Shown in pieces: positions 41,601-54,750 of a stretch of 64,000 bases of DNA (positions are counted from its first letter, which is position 1; each line of letters opens with the position of its first letter). Source of the stretch: Octopus sinensis (lineage: Eukaryota); assembly GCF_006345805.1 (NCBI RefSeq), contig NC_043001.1:74710001-74774000 (forward strand), in the 5' to 3' direction. The position numbers were made by a program, and so were the translations under genes. The notes under the pieces are model-generated. The model was not told the DNA's origin. It saw only the letters and a list, made by a program, of their open reading frames with translations, and searched no databases.

Positions 41601-41966
41601 TTGTAGGTTTGGTAGTCTTGTGAGCCTTAAGGTTTTTCAAATATTCAATGTCAGATATAAATATTTTAATTTGTTGTTGCAGACGCTCTTGCCAAGAAGG
41701 CTTTTTGTGGGAATGTTGCCGTTTTCTAATCTTTACACCACATAGGATCGTTGAGATTTTCGCGGATGCATAGTATAGGTGGTTGAGGTTTGTGATATCA
41801 ACATCATTAGCTGAAATTATATCCTTAAGTGCAAGCCGGATTTTACCAATTATTTTCATGTTTTGGTTAGAGTTGCGGATTTTAGGAAGTGTATCACGTT
41901 CATCCATGCTGGTTTCTTAATTTTCAGCCATTCAATCATGATTTGATTTTTTAGCTCATGTAGTTC
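38680..41966 (-). mobile_element. R4/Dong-type RLE non-LTR retrotransposon family A, 5'-truncated, near-intact ORF
   Basis: WKSPGKD, NYRPITCL, DYKKAFD, GIFQGDSLSP and YMDD (RT); CRVC..H..C; RHD, RPD..D and KLSKY (RLE). One frameshift at ~40950 and one nonsense codon at 39630-39632; (TAA)n follows the sense 3' end. Confidence 0.95.
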
Positions 41967-41985
41967 TGAATCCAATTTCTTCAAT

Positions 41986-42066
<81 letters not shown>

Positions 42067-42084
42067 ATTATTATTATTATTTTA

Positions 42085-42516
42085 ACAGGCACGGAAGTAC
42101 CGTCAGCCGGGCCTGTCCGAGGTGCGTGCAGAACGATGAAACCGTTCTGCATGCCCTCGTCCAGGACCCGAGTATTGCTGACCTGTGAGTTTATGACGAG
42201 CATCTGCTGTCGCGTGTAGGACGGATCCAGCTATTAGCTGAATCCATAGTGAAGATTGCCCTGCTGCCCTCCTTTGGCCGGGAGGGACAGGAAGTTTTTA
42301 TTTGTCTGGTGGCTGTAGCGAAATAGGTAGTATGGTGGACTCGTCTAAAAGGGCTAGAGTGAGACATTTTCCTCTTTGGTCAAGCCCTCATCAACTTTTT
42401 CAAGTTTCACCAGAAAAGGAAGTTAAAGGTGGAGAAGGAAGTGTTGTCTTCTAGGAAGTTTGTTACAATGTCATTTTATGTTATTTTATGTAAGCCTTTG
42501 TGGCTAATAAAAGAAC
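42085..42516 (+). mobile_element. L1/Tx1-like LINE 3' fragment
   Basis: Homologous to the 3' part of 50541-51210; ends gctaataaaagaa then (TTA)n. Confidence 0.85.
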
Positions 42517-42612
42517 TTATTATTATTATAATTATTATTATTAATTATTATCATCATCATCATCATCATCGTTGTCGTCGTCGTCGTCGTCGTCGTCGTC
42601 ATCATCATTATT

Positions 42613-43170
42613 ATTGAGTGAGAGAGCAGTGCATGCCATCAAAGTGGCACTGGGTGCAAATATACGAAACTCAATATACCGGTCATAACTAAATGTCTGG
42701 TAAGGGTACACCAGGCACATGCATCACAACCATATGTGCGCGACATGGTGACCTCATATCAAAATAAACGGCGCATAACCTTGCAGGTGAGGGCCCAGTT
42801 AGAATTTTTTTCAGGTCCAGTAGCCTATTCTGCTCCAAACTTTCCTGAATAAGGTTTTGTCTAATGGTGTTGAACGAAAGACCCCTGTTTCCAGTGGTGA
42901 ATTATTCAAACTCAAAAATTCCTCTCAATACATGGCTATGATGCTCCACCACTACTCCTACTCATGATCAGAGATGCACATATTGTCAGCCACTAAGAGA
43001 CATGCTCAACTAGTTAAGGTCAAACAACTAACAAGCAAATCTGTGGTATTGAGCAGAATATTTACTGTAGCCGATGTTTTATAACCAAGACACAACATGT
43101 ACATGATAACATCTCCAATCAGTTAAGATCAGAAGGCATGAGAGCCAGTGCCTGATACTGCAGCCGGGTA
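42613..43170 (+). repeat. Unclassified interspersed repeat next to ATT/CAT microsatellite (strand arbitrary)
   Basis: Diverged inverted copy at 44566-45040. Confidence 0.8.
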
Positions 43171-43186
43171 TTTCATTATCGCTATT

Positions 43187-43450
43187 ATGGCCTAGTGGTT
43201 AGGGTGCTAAACTCACGATCGCGAGATCTTGGTTTTAATTCCTATACCGGGTGGTGCGTTATGTTCTTGAGCAAAATACGTAATCTCATGCTGCTCTGCG
43301 ATCATTTCGACACATGACATGTAACACACCGTCCAACGTCGATTTGATGGAGTAAGTGAGCTGATGTACGGCACATACATTTGATCACTATAAGCAAATC
43401 ATTTGCGCAGGTCGTTCGGCAAAAGCTGAACACTCATACATCGTCTTTGA
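43187..43450 (+). mobile_element. SINE family 3 copy
   Basis: TGGCCTAGTGG A-box; matches the 26163 copy. Confidence 0.7.
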
Positions 43451-43459
43451 TGGTGTCAA

Positions 43460-44500
43460 AAAGTAATGAAAAATACATTGAGGGCGGTAAAAGTGAAAGA
43501 ACACTAAAATTTAGTAAAAAGAAAGGTGCCCTAGGAAGTAAGAAAGAAAAAGCCGAACAAGCAAACAACATAGAATTCTCTTTAGCAAGACTGTATGAAA
43601 AAGCACTGAGCTGGAGAATACTTAAGAGAAGAGGATATATAGAGAGCTACTAAAGGTACAAGAATGGCATCCAAGAACGGGCCATAAAGACCCGGTCATC
43701 TAGAAATCATGGATATGGTGGATATATCACCATTGCATTGATTACGTGGTAAAAAAGAAGATGCTGTATCCATTTAGTATCACTGTGTAAAAATCTGACG
43801 TAGAAACAAAACAAAGGCTGGAAAGACAATAAAATTTCATTGGTTATACTTCAGCAAACTCACAAAAGTGGTTTGATCAACGGAAGTTGTTGAAAATTTT
43901 ATGAGAAATGAAAATGCAGACAGACAAGGAACTGGAATATTGAAGACCGGATATTGTTAACTTGAGAAAGGTACTAGAACTTGTATGTTTATAAATTACA
44001 GCTTTACCATTTGACATCAGGATGAAGGAAACAGAAAAAGAGAAGGAAGATAAATACCAGGATCTAAAGTAGGAATTACAAAGGCTTTGGAAGCGTAGAT
44101 GGATAAAGGTAATCCTGCCATAGTAAGATCACGAGGAAAAGTGTCTAGAAATATCAATGGGTTTTACTGGTTGTTATACTAAAACTTTTATGATAATAGA
44201 TGAAACATGCCTATTTGATAGCAAGGTAAAGGAAAGATAATGAAAAGACAGATAAATACCAGGATATAAATTGGGAATTAAAAAGTTTTTTTTTAGAACT
44301 CGTGAGAAGATGGGGTAATTCCTCTCACAATAGGATCACGAGGAATAATGTCTGGAAATATCACCAAATGGGATTCCTGAAATCAGAACACTAACTTTAC
44401 GGTATAGCTAGAATCTTAAGATGTATGCTGAATATCTAAAAGTTCGATGTTCAGCAAATAAAAGGCTGCGGCAGAGTCATTAAGACTACAGCTGATCGAC
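43460..44500 (+). mobile_element. Highly decayed R4/Dong-type 3' fragment(s)
   Basis: RPDIV (agaccggatattgtt) and duplicated K..KYQDL..EL motifs; followed by (TAA)n. Confidence 0.55.
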
Positions 44501-44514
44501 TAATAATAATAATA

Positions 44515-44564
<50 letters not shown>

Positions 44565-44565
44565 G

Positions 44566-45039
44566 TCTTGGTATAAAAGATGGGCTACAGCAAATATTCT
44601 GCTCAATACCACAGATTTGCTTGTCAGTTGCTTGACCTTAACCAGTTGAGCATGTCCCTTAGTGGCTGACGATATGTGCATCTCTGATCACGAGCAGAAG
44701 TAGTGGGGGAGCATCATAGCCATGTGTTGAGAGGGATTCTTTGGGGTTTGAATAATTCACCTCTGGAAACATGGGTGGTTTTTTCAACATCCTTAAACAA
44801 CCCTTATTCAGGGACCGTTTGAGCGGGATGGGCTACTCAACCTGAAGAAAATTCTAACTGGGCCCCACCTGCAAGGTCATGTGCTGTTTATCTTGATATG
44901 AGATCACCATGTCGCGCACATATGGTTGTGATGCATGTGCCTGGTGTACCTTTATCAGACGGGTAGTCATGATGGGTATATTGGGCTTCGTATATTTTAC
45001 CCCAGTGTCACTTTGATGGCATGAACTGCTCTCTCACTC

Positions 45040-45040
<1 letters not shown>
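44566..45040 (-). repeat. Unclassified interspersed repeat, flanked by (TAA)n on both sides
   Basis: Reverse-complement homology to 42613-43090. Confidence 0.8.
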
Positions 45041-45081
<41 letters not shown>

Positions 45082-45082
45082 C

Positions 45083-45128
<46 letters not shown>

Positions 45129-45189
45129 TGATGATGGTGATGATGATGATGATGATTTCTTTTATTTGCCAACAACAACAATAATAATT

Positions 45190-45793
45190 GGCTGGATTGG
45201 CTGAGGAAAGGAACATTGAAAAAAGAGACTGAGAACACTTTACTGGCAGCACTAGACCAAACTTTAGCCACGAATTAGAGGGTGAATCTTAGGAATGAGC
45301 AAGTGTCTCCGGTGTACAGCATATCACGAACGAGTGCCCTAGACTTGCCCCAAACTATTACAAGTTGTGACGACACGGTAAGGTAGCGAAAGAGTCACAT
45401 AGGAAACTGCGGTAGAGGTTAGAGAGAGGTAAGACGTCATATGAGCACAAACGGCAGAGGGTGACAGAGCCGGAGACTTTCAATATCCTCTGGGATTTTC
45501 CAATCCAAACTGATCAGGTGCTAGAGCATAACAGACCGGACCTAGTGGTGGTCCACAAGATGCATCACCTGTGCTATCTAGTTGATGCTACATGCCCCTT
45601 TGACCCACGAATAATCAAGAAGGAAGGCGAAAAAAATAGATATATACAACCCTCTGAAGTACCACAAAGCTCGGCTATGGAAAATGAAGAAGGCGAAGAT
45701 AGTGCCTTCGATGAGGGATTTACCAAAGGGGAAAGTTTACAAATACTTTTTGAACTTACGGAGCACCAAATTTCCGTAACTTCACAGTATGAC

Positions 45794-45795
<2 letters not shown>
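45190..45795 (+). mobile_element. R4/Dong-type RLE fragment (another subfamily)
   Basis: ILWDFPIQTD..LEHNRPDLVV...YLVDATCP. Confidence 0.75.
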
Positions 45796-45857
<62 letters not shown>

Positions 45858-45859
<2 letters not shown>

Positions 45860-47195
45860 TGGACACTAAATAAACTGACCAAAATAAATAGGAAAACAAG
45901 AAAAATAATGACAAGATCTAGGATGCATCACCCAAAATCTGACATAGAAAGACTATATATACAACGTATAGAAGGTGGTAGAGGCCTTATACAGCTGGAA
46001 AACTACTATAAAATAACTACCATAGGACTGCAAAAATATCTACTTCAGAAGGAAGGAAAACTGATACAAATAGCGGCAAAACACGAGCAAAACAAAAAAC
46101 TGTTCTCAGTATTTAAGGAAACTGACAAATACAAACAAGAAATCATACCACCTAATAAATATGAAGAAGAAGAAGAAGAAGAAGAAGAAGAAGAAGAAGA
46201 AGAAGAAGAAGAAGAAGAAGAAGAAGAAGAAGAAGAAGAAGAAGAAGAAGAAGAAGAAGAAGAAGAAAAAACAAAAGCTATAAAACAAATGAAATCCAAA
46301 CTAAAAATAGAACAACGAACCATGATAAAACGATGGCAAGAAAAGCCCCTTCATGGTAAATACTGGACTAAACTAAACGCAAAAGAAATAGACAAAGAAA
46401 AATCCAAGCAATGGTTGAGAAGCTCAGGACTCAAAGCAGAGACAGAGGGATTTTTAATTGCAGCACAAGACCAAAGCCTCCCCACCAGAAATTACCAAAA
46501 ACATGTAATGAAAAGAAATATATCAAGCACCTGTAGAATATGTGGAGATGGACAAGAAACAATAAATCATATTATCTCTGGCTGCCCAGTCCTGGCTAAG
46601 AAGGAATATATTCACAGACATGACAGAGTTGGAACCTACATACACTGGAAGCTATGCCAACATTATGGAATAACAACAGAAAAAAGATGGTATAGGCACA
46701 CACCAGAAAAGGTCACAGAAAACGAGAAAGCAACCATACTCTGGGATATGCCGATACACACAGATAGAGAAATTAAGGCCAACAGACCAGATATAGTTGT
46801 CAGAGATCATGAAGAAAAAAAATGCTTTCTAATTGATGTATCAATACCGGCAGATGACAACGTGTCTCTAAAAGAAATGGAGAAACTTTCAAAATACAAA
46901 GACCTGGAAATAGAGGTAACCAGAATGTGGAATCTAAGAACAGAAACAATTCCTATCATAGTAGGTGCATTAGGCATGATAAAAAAATATTCAGACAAAT
47001 ACATAACAAAAACACCAGGACTTACAAACACATATAACATACAGAAAATTGCACTACTAGGCACTGCACACATCCTACGCAGAACACTTTCCATACAATA
47101 ACCATCAGACCATCACAACAAATCACAGCACATACCTAAGGCACATAGAGCTGCGCTCGGTAGTGAAATGAAAGCACTCTATAAAAATAAAACTA

Positions 47196-47200
<5 letters not shown>
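45858..47200 (+). mobile_element. R4/Dong-type LINE family B 3' part, open frame with in-frame (GAA)n
   Basis: HHPKSDIERLY, ETEGFLIAAQDQ, CRIC..H...C, RHD, RPDIV..D and KLSKY; stop at 47101; 3' UTR then (TAA)n. Confidence 0.93.
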
Positions 47201-47266
<66 letters not shown>

Positions 47267-47300
47267 TAATAATAATAACAACAACAACAACAACAATAAC

Positions 47301-47362
<62 letters not shown>

Positions 47363-47376
47363 TGATGATGATGATA

Positions 47377-47438
<62 letters not shown>

Positions 47439-47449
47439 AATGGTGATGG

Positions 47450-47942
47450 AACTTCGCCATTCGAACTGACGGAAAGACAGATGTGAATAGGACAGACATT
47501 ATATTGAAACATTTCAGAGAAAAATCATGCCTCCTCATTGATATGACTATCCTAATCGACATAAATGTATCTTTCATGACCTACCAAAAACTGAGCAAGT
47601 ACAAAGATCTTGCAAAAAGGAATTGGCAAAAGTGGAACATTTAGACAAAAACAATACATGTTGGCGTAGGTGCCCTAGGAATTCAGGAAACCCAAAAATT
47701 GCAGAAATTCAAAAGATAGTGCTCATGGGAACTGCCCATATCCTACATAAAATACTGTCTATGTAATCTCAAATTTTAAAACAACCTTATAATTTTCGTA
47801 TGTTTTCTTAAACCTTCTCTAAAACCAAATATATAACACCCTAGGCATAATACCAACTTGAACATGTAACTTGTTGTCTCTTGAGGTCTCAGGGTGAGAC
47901 TTGGAGTCAACTCGTACAAATACAAAGCAAAAGTCAAACATA
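47450..47942 (+). mobile_element. R4/Dong family A 3' end, degenerate
   Basis: Homologous to 14885-15432, including the 3' UTR ttgttgtctcttgaggtctc.gggtgagacttgg. Confidence 0.88.
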
Positions 47943-47962
47943 TAATAATGATAATAGTAATA

Positions 47963-48027
<65 letters not shown>

Positions 48028-48044
48028 TAATAATAATAATAATT

Positions 48045-49173
48045 AAGGTAATGCTTTTTGTATACTCAAAGAGGCAACAAAATACAAAACAGAAACAAAC
48101 TACACTGATACACTGATTTCATGTGACAATATAGCAGAAATGGTAAAAGATACAAAAACAACATGGAAATAGAAATACAAAACATGTTACAGAAGAAATG
48201 GAGAGAAAATTACTCCATAGACATACCCTGCAAAGCTCTGAACCAAAAGCAGAAAAGGAAGGACATGATCAATGCCCGACTATAAAAGCAAAATAATGAA
48301 AACAGACCTTAACACCAAATGCAGTATGTACAACCAGCAAAATGAGACCACATCATCTTTGGCTGTCCTCTCCTTGCCAAATCTGAATATATATATAGAG
48401 AGAGATAAGACAGAGTAAATAGTTATAGCCACTGGACAAAATACCAACACTGCAACATAAAACTAGCAAGAAATGATATAAATATGTGCCAAACAAGGTA
48501 TATGACTATGAACACTCCACAATCATCTGGGATGTCTGTTCAAACTAACAAGGAAATAAAAGCTAATAGCCCAAACATAACCAAGGATTAGAAAAATATA
48601 CCTGCTTACTGATAGACAAAATATTGCCCAAAAGAAAGGGGAGAAGTTGTCAAAGTGCAAAGACCTCGAAACTGAAGTATTCAAGATGTGGGACATGAAG
48701 ATGAAAACAATACCAATAATAATTTGAGCATTGGGTATGATAAACGTATTAACAAAAATGTAGAAGCTATATCTGTACCCTCAACACTGCACACTATCCA
48801 AAAATAGTCCTGCTATGAACAGCCCACACTGTCAATTTAAAATTACAATCCAAGTAAAACAATCTACAAACACTAATATTTCACTGAATAAACGACCTCC
48901 AGGAATTGTACTCTACAAGTCGGATACCTAAAAGAACACAGCTCGCATTACCCACACAATACACAATGCAAACACTAATACAACAAAAGACTGCAACCAA
49001 CCCCTTAACAAAACACGCGGATGCAATACAATACCGGCAAGAGTTTCCACTCCCCAATAGCAAAAAAGAACACTATGCTGTACACACCTCAGCAACACGG
49101 TGATGCAGCAGTGATGTTGTAGAAATCTACCCGAGACTATTAAATGTCAAACAACAACAACAACAACAACAGC

Positions 49174-49228
<55 letters not shown>

Positions 49229-49230
49229 TA

Positions 49231-49307
<77 letters not shown>

Positions 49308-50454
49308 TAATAATAATAATAATTAAGGTAATGCTTTTTGTATACTCAAAGAGGCAACAAAATACAAAACAGAAACAAACTACACTGATACACTGATTTC
49401 ATGTGACAATATAGCAGAAATGGTAAAAGATACAAAAACAACATGGAAATAGAAATACAAAACATGTTACAGAAGAAATGGAGAGAAAATTACTCCATAG
49501 ACATACCCTGCAAAGCTCTGAACCAAAAGCAGAAAAGGAAGGACATGATCAATGCCCGACTATAAAAGCAAAATAATGAAAACAGACCTTAACACCAAAT
49601 GCAGTATGTACAACCAGCAAAATGAGACCACATCATCTTTGGCTGTCCTCTCCTTGCCAAATCTGAATATATATATAGAGAGAGATAAGACAGAGTAAAT
49701 AGTTATAGCCACTGGACAAAATACCAACACTGCAACATAAAACTAGCAAGAAATGATATAAATATGTGCCAAACAAGGTATATGACTATGAACACTCCAC
49801 AATCATCTGGGATGTCTGTTCAAACTAACAAGGAAATAAAAGCTAATAGCCCAAACATAACCAAGGATTAGAAAAATATACCTGCTTACTGATAGACAAA
49901 ATATTGCCCAAAAGAAAGGGGAGAAGTTGTCAAAGTGCAAAGACCTCGAAACTGAAGTATTCAAGATGTGGGACATGAAGATGAAAACAATACCAATAAT
50001 AATTTGAGCATTGGGTATGATAAACGTATTAACAAAAATGTAGAAGCTATATCTGTACCCTCAACACTGCACACTATCCAAAATAGTCCTGCTATGAACA
50101 GCCCACACTGTCAATTTAAAATTACAATCCAAGTAAAACAATCTACAAACACTAATATTTCACTGAATAAACGACCTCCAGGAATTGTACTCTACAAGTC
50201 GGATACCTAAAAGAACACAGCTCGCATTACCCACACAATACACAATGCAAACACTAATACAACAAAAGACTGCAACCAAACCCCTTAACAAAACACGCGG
50301 ATGCAATACAATACCGGCAAGAGTTTCCACTCCCCAATAGCAAAAAAGAACACTATGCTGTACACACCTCAGCAACACGGTGATGCAGCAGGTGATGTTG
50401 TAGAAATCTACCCGAGACTATTAAATGTCAAACAACAACAACAACAACAACAGC

Positions 50455-50455
<1 letters not shown>
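48045..50455 (+). repeat. ~1.28-kb tandem duplication of a decayed R4/Dong 3' fragment
   Basis: 48045-49175 recurs at 49325-50455, separated by (TAA)n; KLSKCKDLE.E...MW motif. Confidence 0.9.
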
Positions 50456-50540
<85 letters not shown>

Positions 50541-50541
<1 letters not shown>

Positions 50542-53525
50542 TTATTCTTTTATTGGTCACAAGGGCTATTATAAACAAACATAAAATTACATGCAACAAC
50601 ATAAAAGACAACACAAAACAATACAAAGGGTTTTCTGCGTGTAAACATTTAAAAACAATGAAAAATTAAATAAAATTAAACTCCCAGTAGGGGGAGGTGC
50701 TTTGAAGGTTATACGTGGAAAAACCCACAAAAACTACGGGTGCCTGATCAACAGGGCAAGAACCCTTCTTTTATTTTTCACAGGTATATACTCAGAATTG
50801 GTCCTTTCACACTGACCATTCTTCCAACATTCACCTATCTTTCAATAAACTTGCTAGAAGGCAACACTTCCCTCTCCACCCTCACTTTCCTTTTCAAGTG
50901 AAACTTGAAAAAGTTGATGATGGCTTGGCCAAAGAAGAAAGTGTCTGACTTTAGCCCTTTCAAACGAGTCCACCATACTACTTCTTTTGCTACAGCCACC
51001 AGACAAATAGAAATTGCCTGCCCCTCTCGGCCACAGGAGGGCAGCGGGGCAATCTTCACTATGGATTCAGCTGATAGCCGGATCCATCCAACACGCGATA
51101 GTAAGTACTCGACATAAACTCACAAGTCAGCAATGCTTGGGTGTGCAGATCGGTTTCGTCGCTCTGCGCGCACCTTGGGCAGGCTCGGCTAATGGCACTT
51201 CCGTGCCTGTAAAGTTTATCCCGAATGGGCAGCGCTCCTCGGTAGCACTACCAGGCGAGGGATTTCTGGAAGTTATCCATAGGACCAGGCCCGAAAGAAA
51301 CAGCCAGTAAGTCGATCCTCGTTGCTGCCTAGAGTTCCTTCGAGAACATCGTCGTACTTTCCCTCCACTAACCCTCTATAGAATGCTAGAATGGAACTTC
51401 CACCGACCACATTTCCCGCCTGGCGGAAGGTTGTGAGCGCTGACGGCACTCGAGGCGCCAGGCACCTCTCTTCGGTCCACATCTAATCCAGGATTGCAGC
51501 TCAGTCAAAAAGACGAGATGTAGAAGAGTGAATCGGACAAACGGTGATCACACTTGCTGACCATCAAGGAAACGCTGGAGGTGCCGTAGTCTGAGCGCAT
51601 GTTTGCGCATCAGCAACCACGGTATGCCCAGGCCTCCATTCAGCGGCTGTTGACAGCAGCTGGAGCGCCTTACCAGTGGAACGCGACCCCTCCACAGAAA
51701 GCGAAAGGGTATGCGAACCACTTTGATCAGCCAACACAGGGGGCTAAGGACAACGGTCAAGCGGTAATAGATGACGGATGCGATGTACGTGTTCTCCACC
51801 TCGGCTCGACCTTCTAGGGACAGCTCTCTCTCAGTTCATTTCTGGGTAAGATTGACTACCTTGTTCGTCACCTCAGCCCAGTTTTTCTGCATCTGGAGGT
51901 CTGGACTGAACCAGACCCGGAGCAATTTAACCGGACCGTCTGTCCAGTGCTCCACGATGCTGTTGGACAGCATGGGCTTGCCTCTCTAGGTGCCGAGTTG
52001 CAAGCCCACTGACTTTTTCGCGTTAATTTTTGCTCCTGTCACCGCTTCATATTCTTGTAGTGTGTCGCCTATCAGGCCTATGTACCTGTGGCTCGAAACT
52101 ATAACGGTGACATCGTCGGCATAAGCAAACATGCTTCTCCCACATCCTAGATCACGCGGGTTCCCCCCCCCATTGCCTTCAACTTCTGCAGAAGTGGCTC
52201 AAGAGTCAGTACATATAGAAGGGAGCAGAAAGAGCACCCTTGCCGGACCGAGCGCAAGATGCCGAATGGTTCTGACAAGTGACCATTCACCTGAACAATC
52301 GAGCAGATGCCGCTGTACAAAGCAACGATCCAACCGCGGAAAACTAGACCGAAAGCGGCTACCTTGAGAACAGCTGCTAAGTATTGAAGGCCGACTCTAT
52401 CGAAGGCTTTAGACTGATCTGTATTGATCAGAGCCCCACCCGTGACAGCTTTGTTACCCACCCTCTATATGATGTACCGCATGCGGTGAAGGTTGTCGCG
52501 AATAGTCCCTGGTTGGGATGGCGCATGTTTGCTCCTCGCCAATCAGCTTGACCACAATAAGCGCCAACCTCTTGTCTAACACCTTGGCCAAAATCTTCAA
52601 CTCTGCATTGAGCAGAGTGATGGGTCTGAAATTCTTTATAACCTTCCCTTTGATTGGTTCCTTTCTCAGCAGTGCCACCGCCCCTCGACAAACAAAAGTG
52701 GGAATTCTCCATTTTGTCGCTAGTTTCCGTAGACGTCTGCTAAGAGGCCCGCAAACAAGTCTGGCATCAAAATATAATGCTCGTAGGGCAGACCATCCAA
52801 ATTCGGCGATCTGCCTCTCGTACAGCTCTTCATCGATTCGTGTATTTCTACGGCTGTTATCGGCCTTTCGCAGCACTCCACCTCACTCGCTGAGAGTCGT
52901 GGCAGGCCGCCCAGGTAGACACCGAAGTCTGCCCTGTTGTCCGTCCTATCATTCGCCACGAACAGTCGAGCGAAGGGCTGCTGAAAGGCCGCACACAACT
53001 GCTTCGGTTCAAACATCCCGCGTCCGTTCTGGTCCACCAAAGACCAAATGGTGGCTTTGTTGCCACGTTTTGCATCCGCCACTCGGGCTCATCAAGCGGT
53101 TTCGTTCCCCCCCCCCCGCTCAGTGAACGTACCTTAGCTCCGACAACACAGCTTTCGTGTTTGGCGTTGAAAATAGGTCGAGGGTCAATCTCGCCGCCAA
53201 CACGTCGGTTGCGATGCCTTTCCTAAGTGCTCCATCTAACTCTCTAACTAAATCTCCCTCTATTCTATTTCTTTCTACCGCTAAAGCCTTACTAAACCTA
53301 ATGGATTCTACTCTAATTGCCCTTTTAAGAGTAAACCACCAGTTGTTGTTGGCGATTGCACCCGTCAACGCTCGCTAAACTAATTCACTAATCTGGTCTC
53401 TGTAAGCTTGGCACGCCGGGAACGGCATAATCAGCTTCCAGTAACTGGCACCCTGTCTGCGAAGCCTATCTAAGTAGACCGTACAGATCACGAATTTGTG
53501 GTCTGTGTAGCCGACTATGTGAAAT
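50541..53525 (-). mobile_element. L1/Tx1-clade LINE, 5'-truncated in the APE domain, degenerate
   Basis: TDHKFV (end of APE), SPNLDGLPYE, NFRPITLLNAELKILAKVL, DQSKAFDRV, VRQGC and AYADD; 3' AATAAA abutting a microsatellite. Confidence 0.9.
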
Positions 53526-53564
53526 TATGGACAACCTACACTATCCTTATCCGCTGCAAAATGA

Positions 53565-53594
53565 TACTACTACTACTACTACTACTACTACTAT

Positions 53595-53641
<47 letters not shown>

Positions 53642-53647
53642 ATAATA

Positions 53648-53694
<47 letters not shown>

Positions 53695-53715
53695 GTAATA
53701 ATAATAATAATAATG

Positions 53716-53750
<35 letters not shown>

Positions 53751-53770
53751 AATAATAATAATAATAATAA
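53565..53770. repeat. Compound microsatellite (TAC)n-(TAA)n-(CAA)n, representative of many tracts
   Basis: Directly visible. Similar TAA, TA, TATG, TCTA, GAA and GAT tracts occur throughout (e.g. 620-760, 5363-5520, 15433-15590, 22570-22700, 37040-37230, 47200-47440, 54760-54970, 55660-55975, 62810-63080, 63205-63600). Confidence 0.95.
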
Positions 53771-54750
53771 AAGTTCGGAAGAAGTATGGTGTAGAGGGAA
53801 AAGGCCTGGATTTTGTAAATGAAGAACTGAAGCAGTGCATACATGCCAAAAAAGCAAAGCTAACTAGGTTTGAACAATTGATTAAGCAATACCAGCAAAA
53901 CACATTGTTTAGAACCGACCAAAAAAGATTTTACCAAGAGATTATTGATGATAAAAAAAGTGAAATTTTAGTCCCTAGTGCTGATGAAAGTCGACTTTTC
54001 TGGGGTGAGATATTGAGTAAGCAAAACAACATAATACTACAGCTGAATGGCTCTGCAGCCTGAAGCAAAGAGCTTCTCATCCCCAGCAAGAGGCTATCCA
54101 CTTCACGGAAGACAGTATCAGAAATATGAGCTAAAAAATAAGCAACTGGAAAGCAGCAGGACCTGATGGTGTACAGGGATTTCGGATTAAAAATTTAGTA
54201 GATGCCATAATTGATCGCAGAGCAATTTAATGCATCGATCAATGGAGAATAAGAAATTCCGGGCTGGTCGACAAAAGGACGAACGGTGTTGTGTCTGAAG
54301 GATGCATCAAAGGGAAATGCTGCTGACAATTACAGACCAATGTCCTGCATCTCATTAATGTGGAAGTTACTGTCAGGAGGAACTGCAGAAGAACTGTATA
54401 AATTTCTTGATGAGAACGATATATTACCGCCCTAACAAAATGACTGTAGAAAGAGATGCAGAGGTACCAAAGATCAACTATTGATTGACAGAATGGTAGT
54501 GCAAGATTGTAAACGAAGGAGAACAAATGTGGGAATGGCCTGGATTGGCTGTAGTTCCACATTCGTGAATCATCGAGTGGTTAGATCTGTTTAGAATTGC
54601 GAGGAATTTAACGTGATTCCTGAAGAGAAGTATGGTGAGATGGAAACTGAACTGACATTTTACGGGAAAAGCCTGAGCACCTTGGATATCAGAAGAGGGA
54701 TTTTCCAGGGTGATAACCATCTCTGCACGATACCCCCTGACCTTGGTACT
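53765..54750 (+). mobile_element. R4/Dong-type LINE internal RT fragment
   Basis: EELKQ..AK..K..R, QNTLFRTDQKRFY, NWKAAGPDGVQGF, NYRP, KDQLLID and RGIFQGD. Confidence 0.85.

Noticed and set aside
45461-47101. 546-aa ORF as a single gene
   Set aside because: Chance in-frame fusion of one RLE fragment, an (AAT)n tract and a second LINE fragment; the domain order is not that of a real protein.
52518-53126. 202-aa plus-strand ORF
   Set aside because: Antisense to the Tx1-like RT; the GC-richer sequence explains the lack of stops.
53981-54005. CTGATGA as a hammerhead core
   Set aside because: It lies in LINE coding sequence (PSADESRLFW) with no helix II or GAAA in register.
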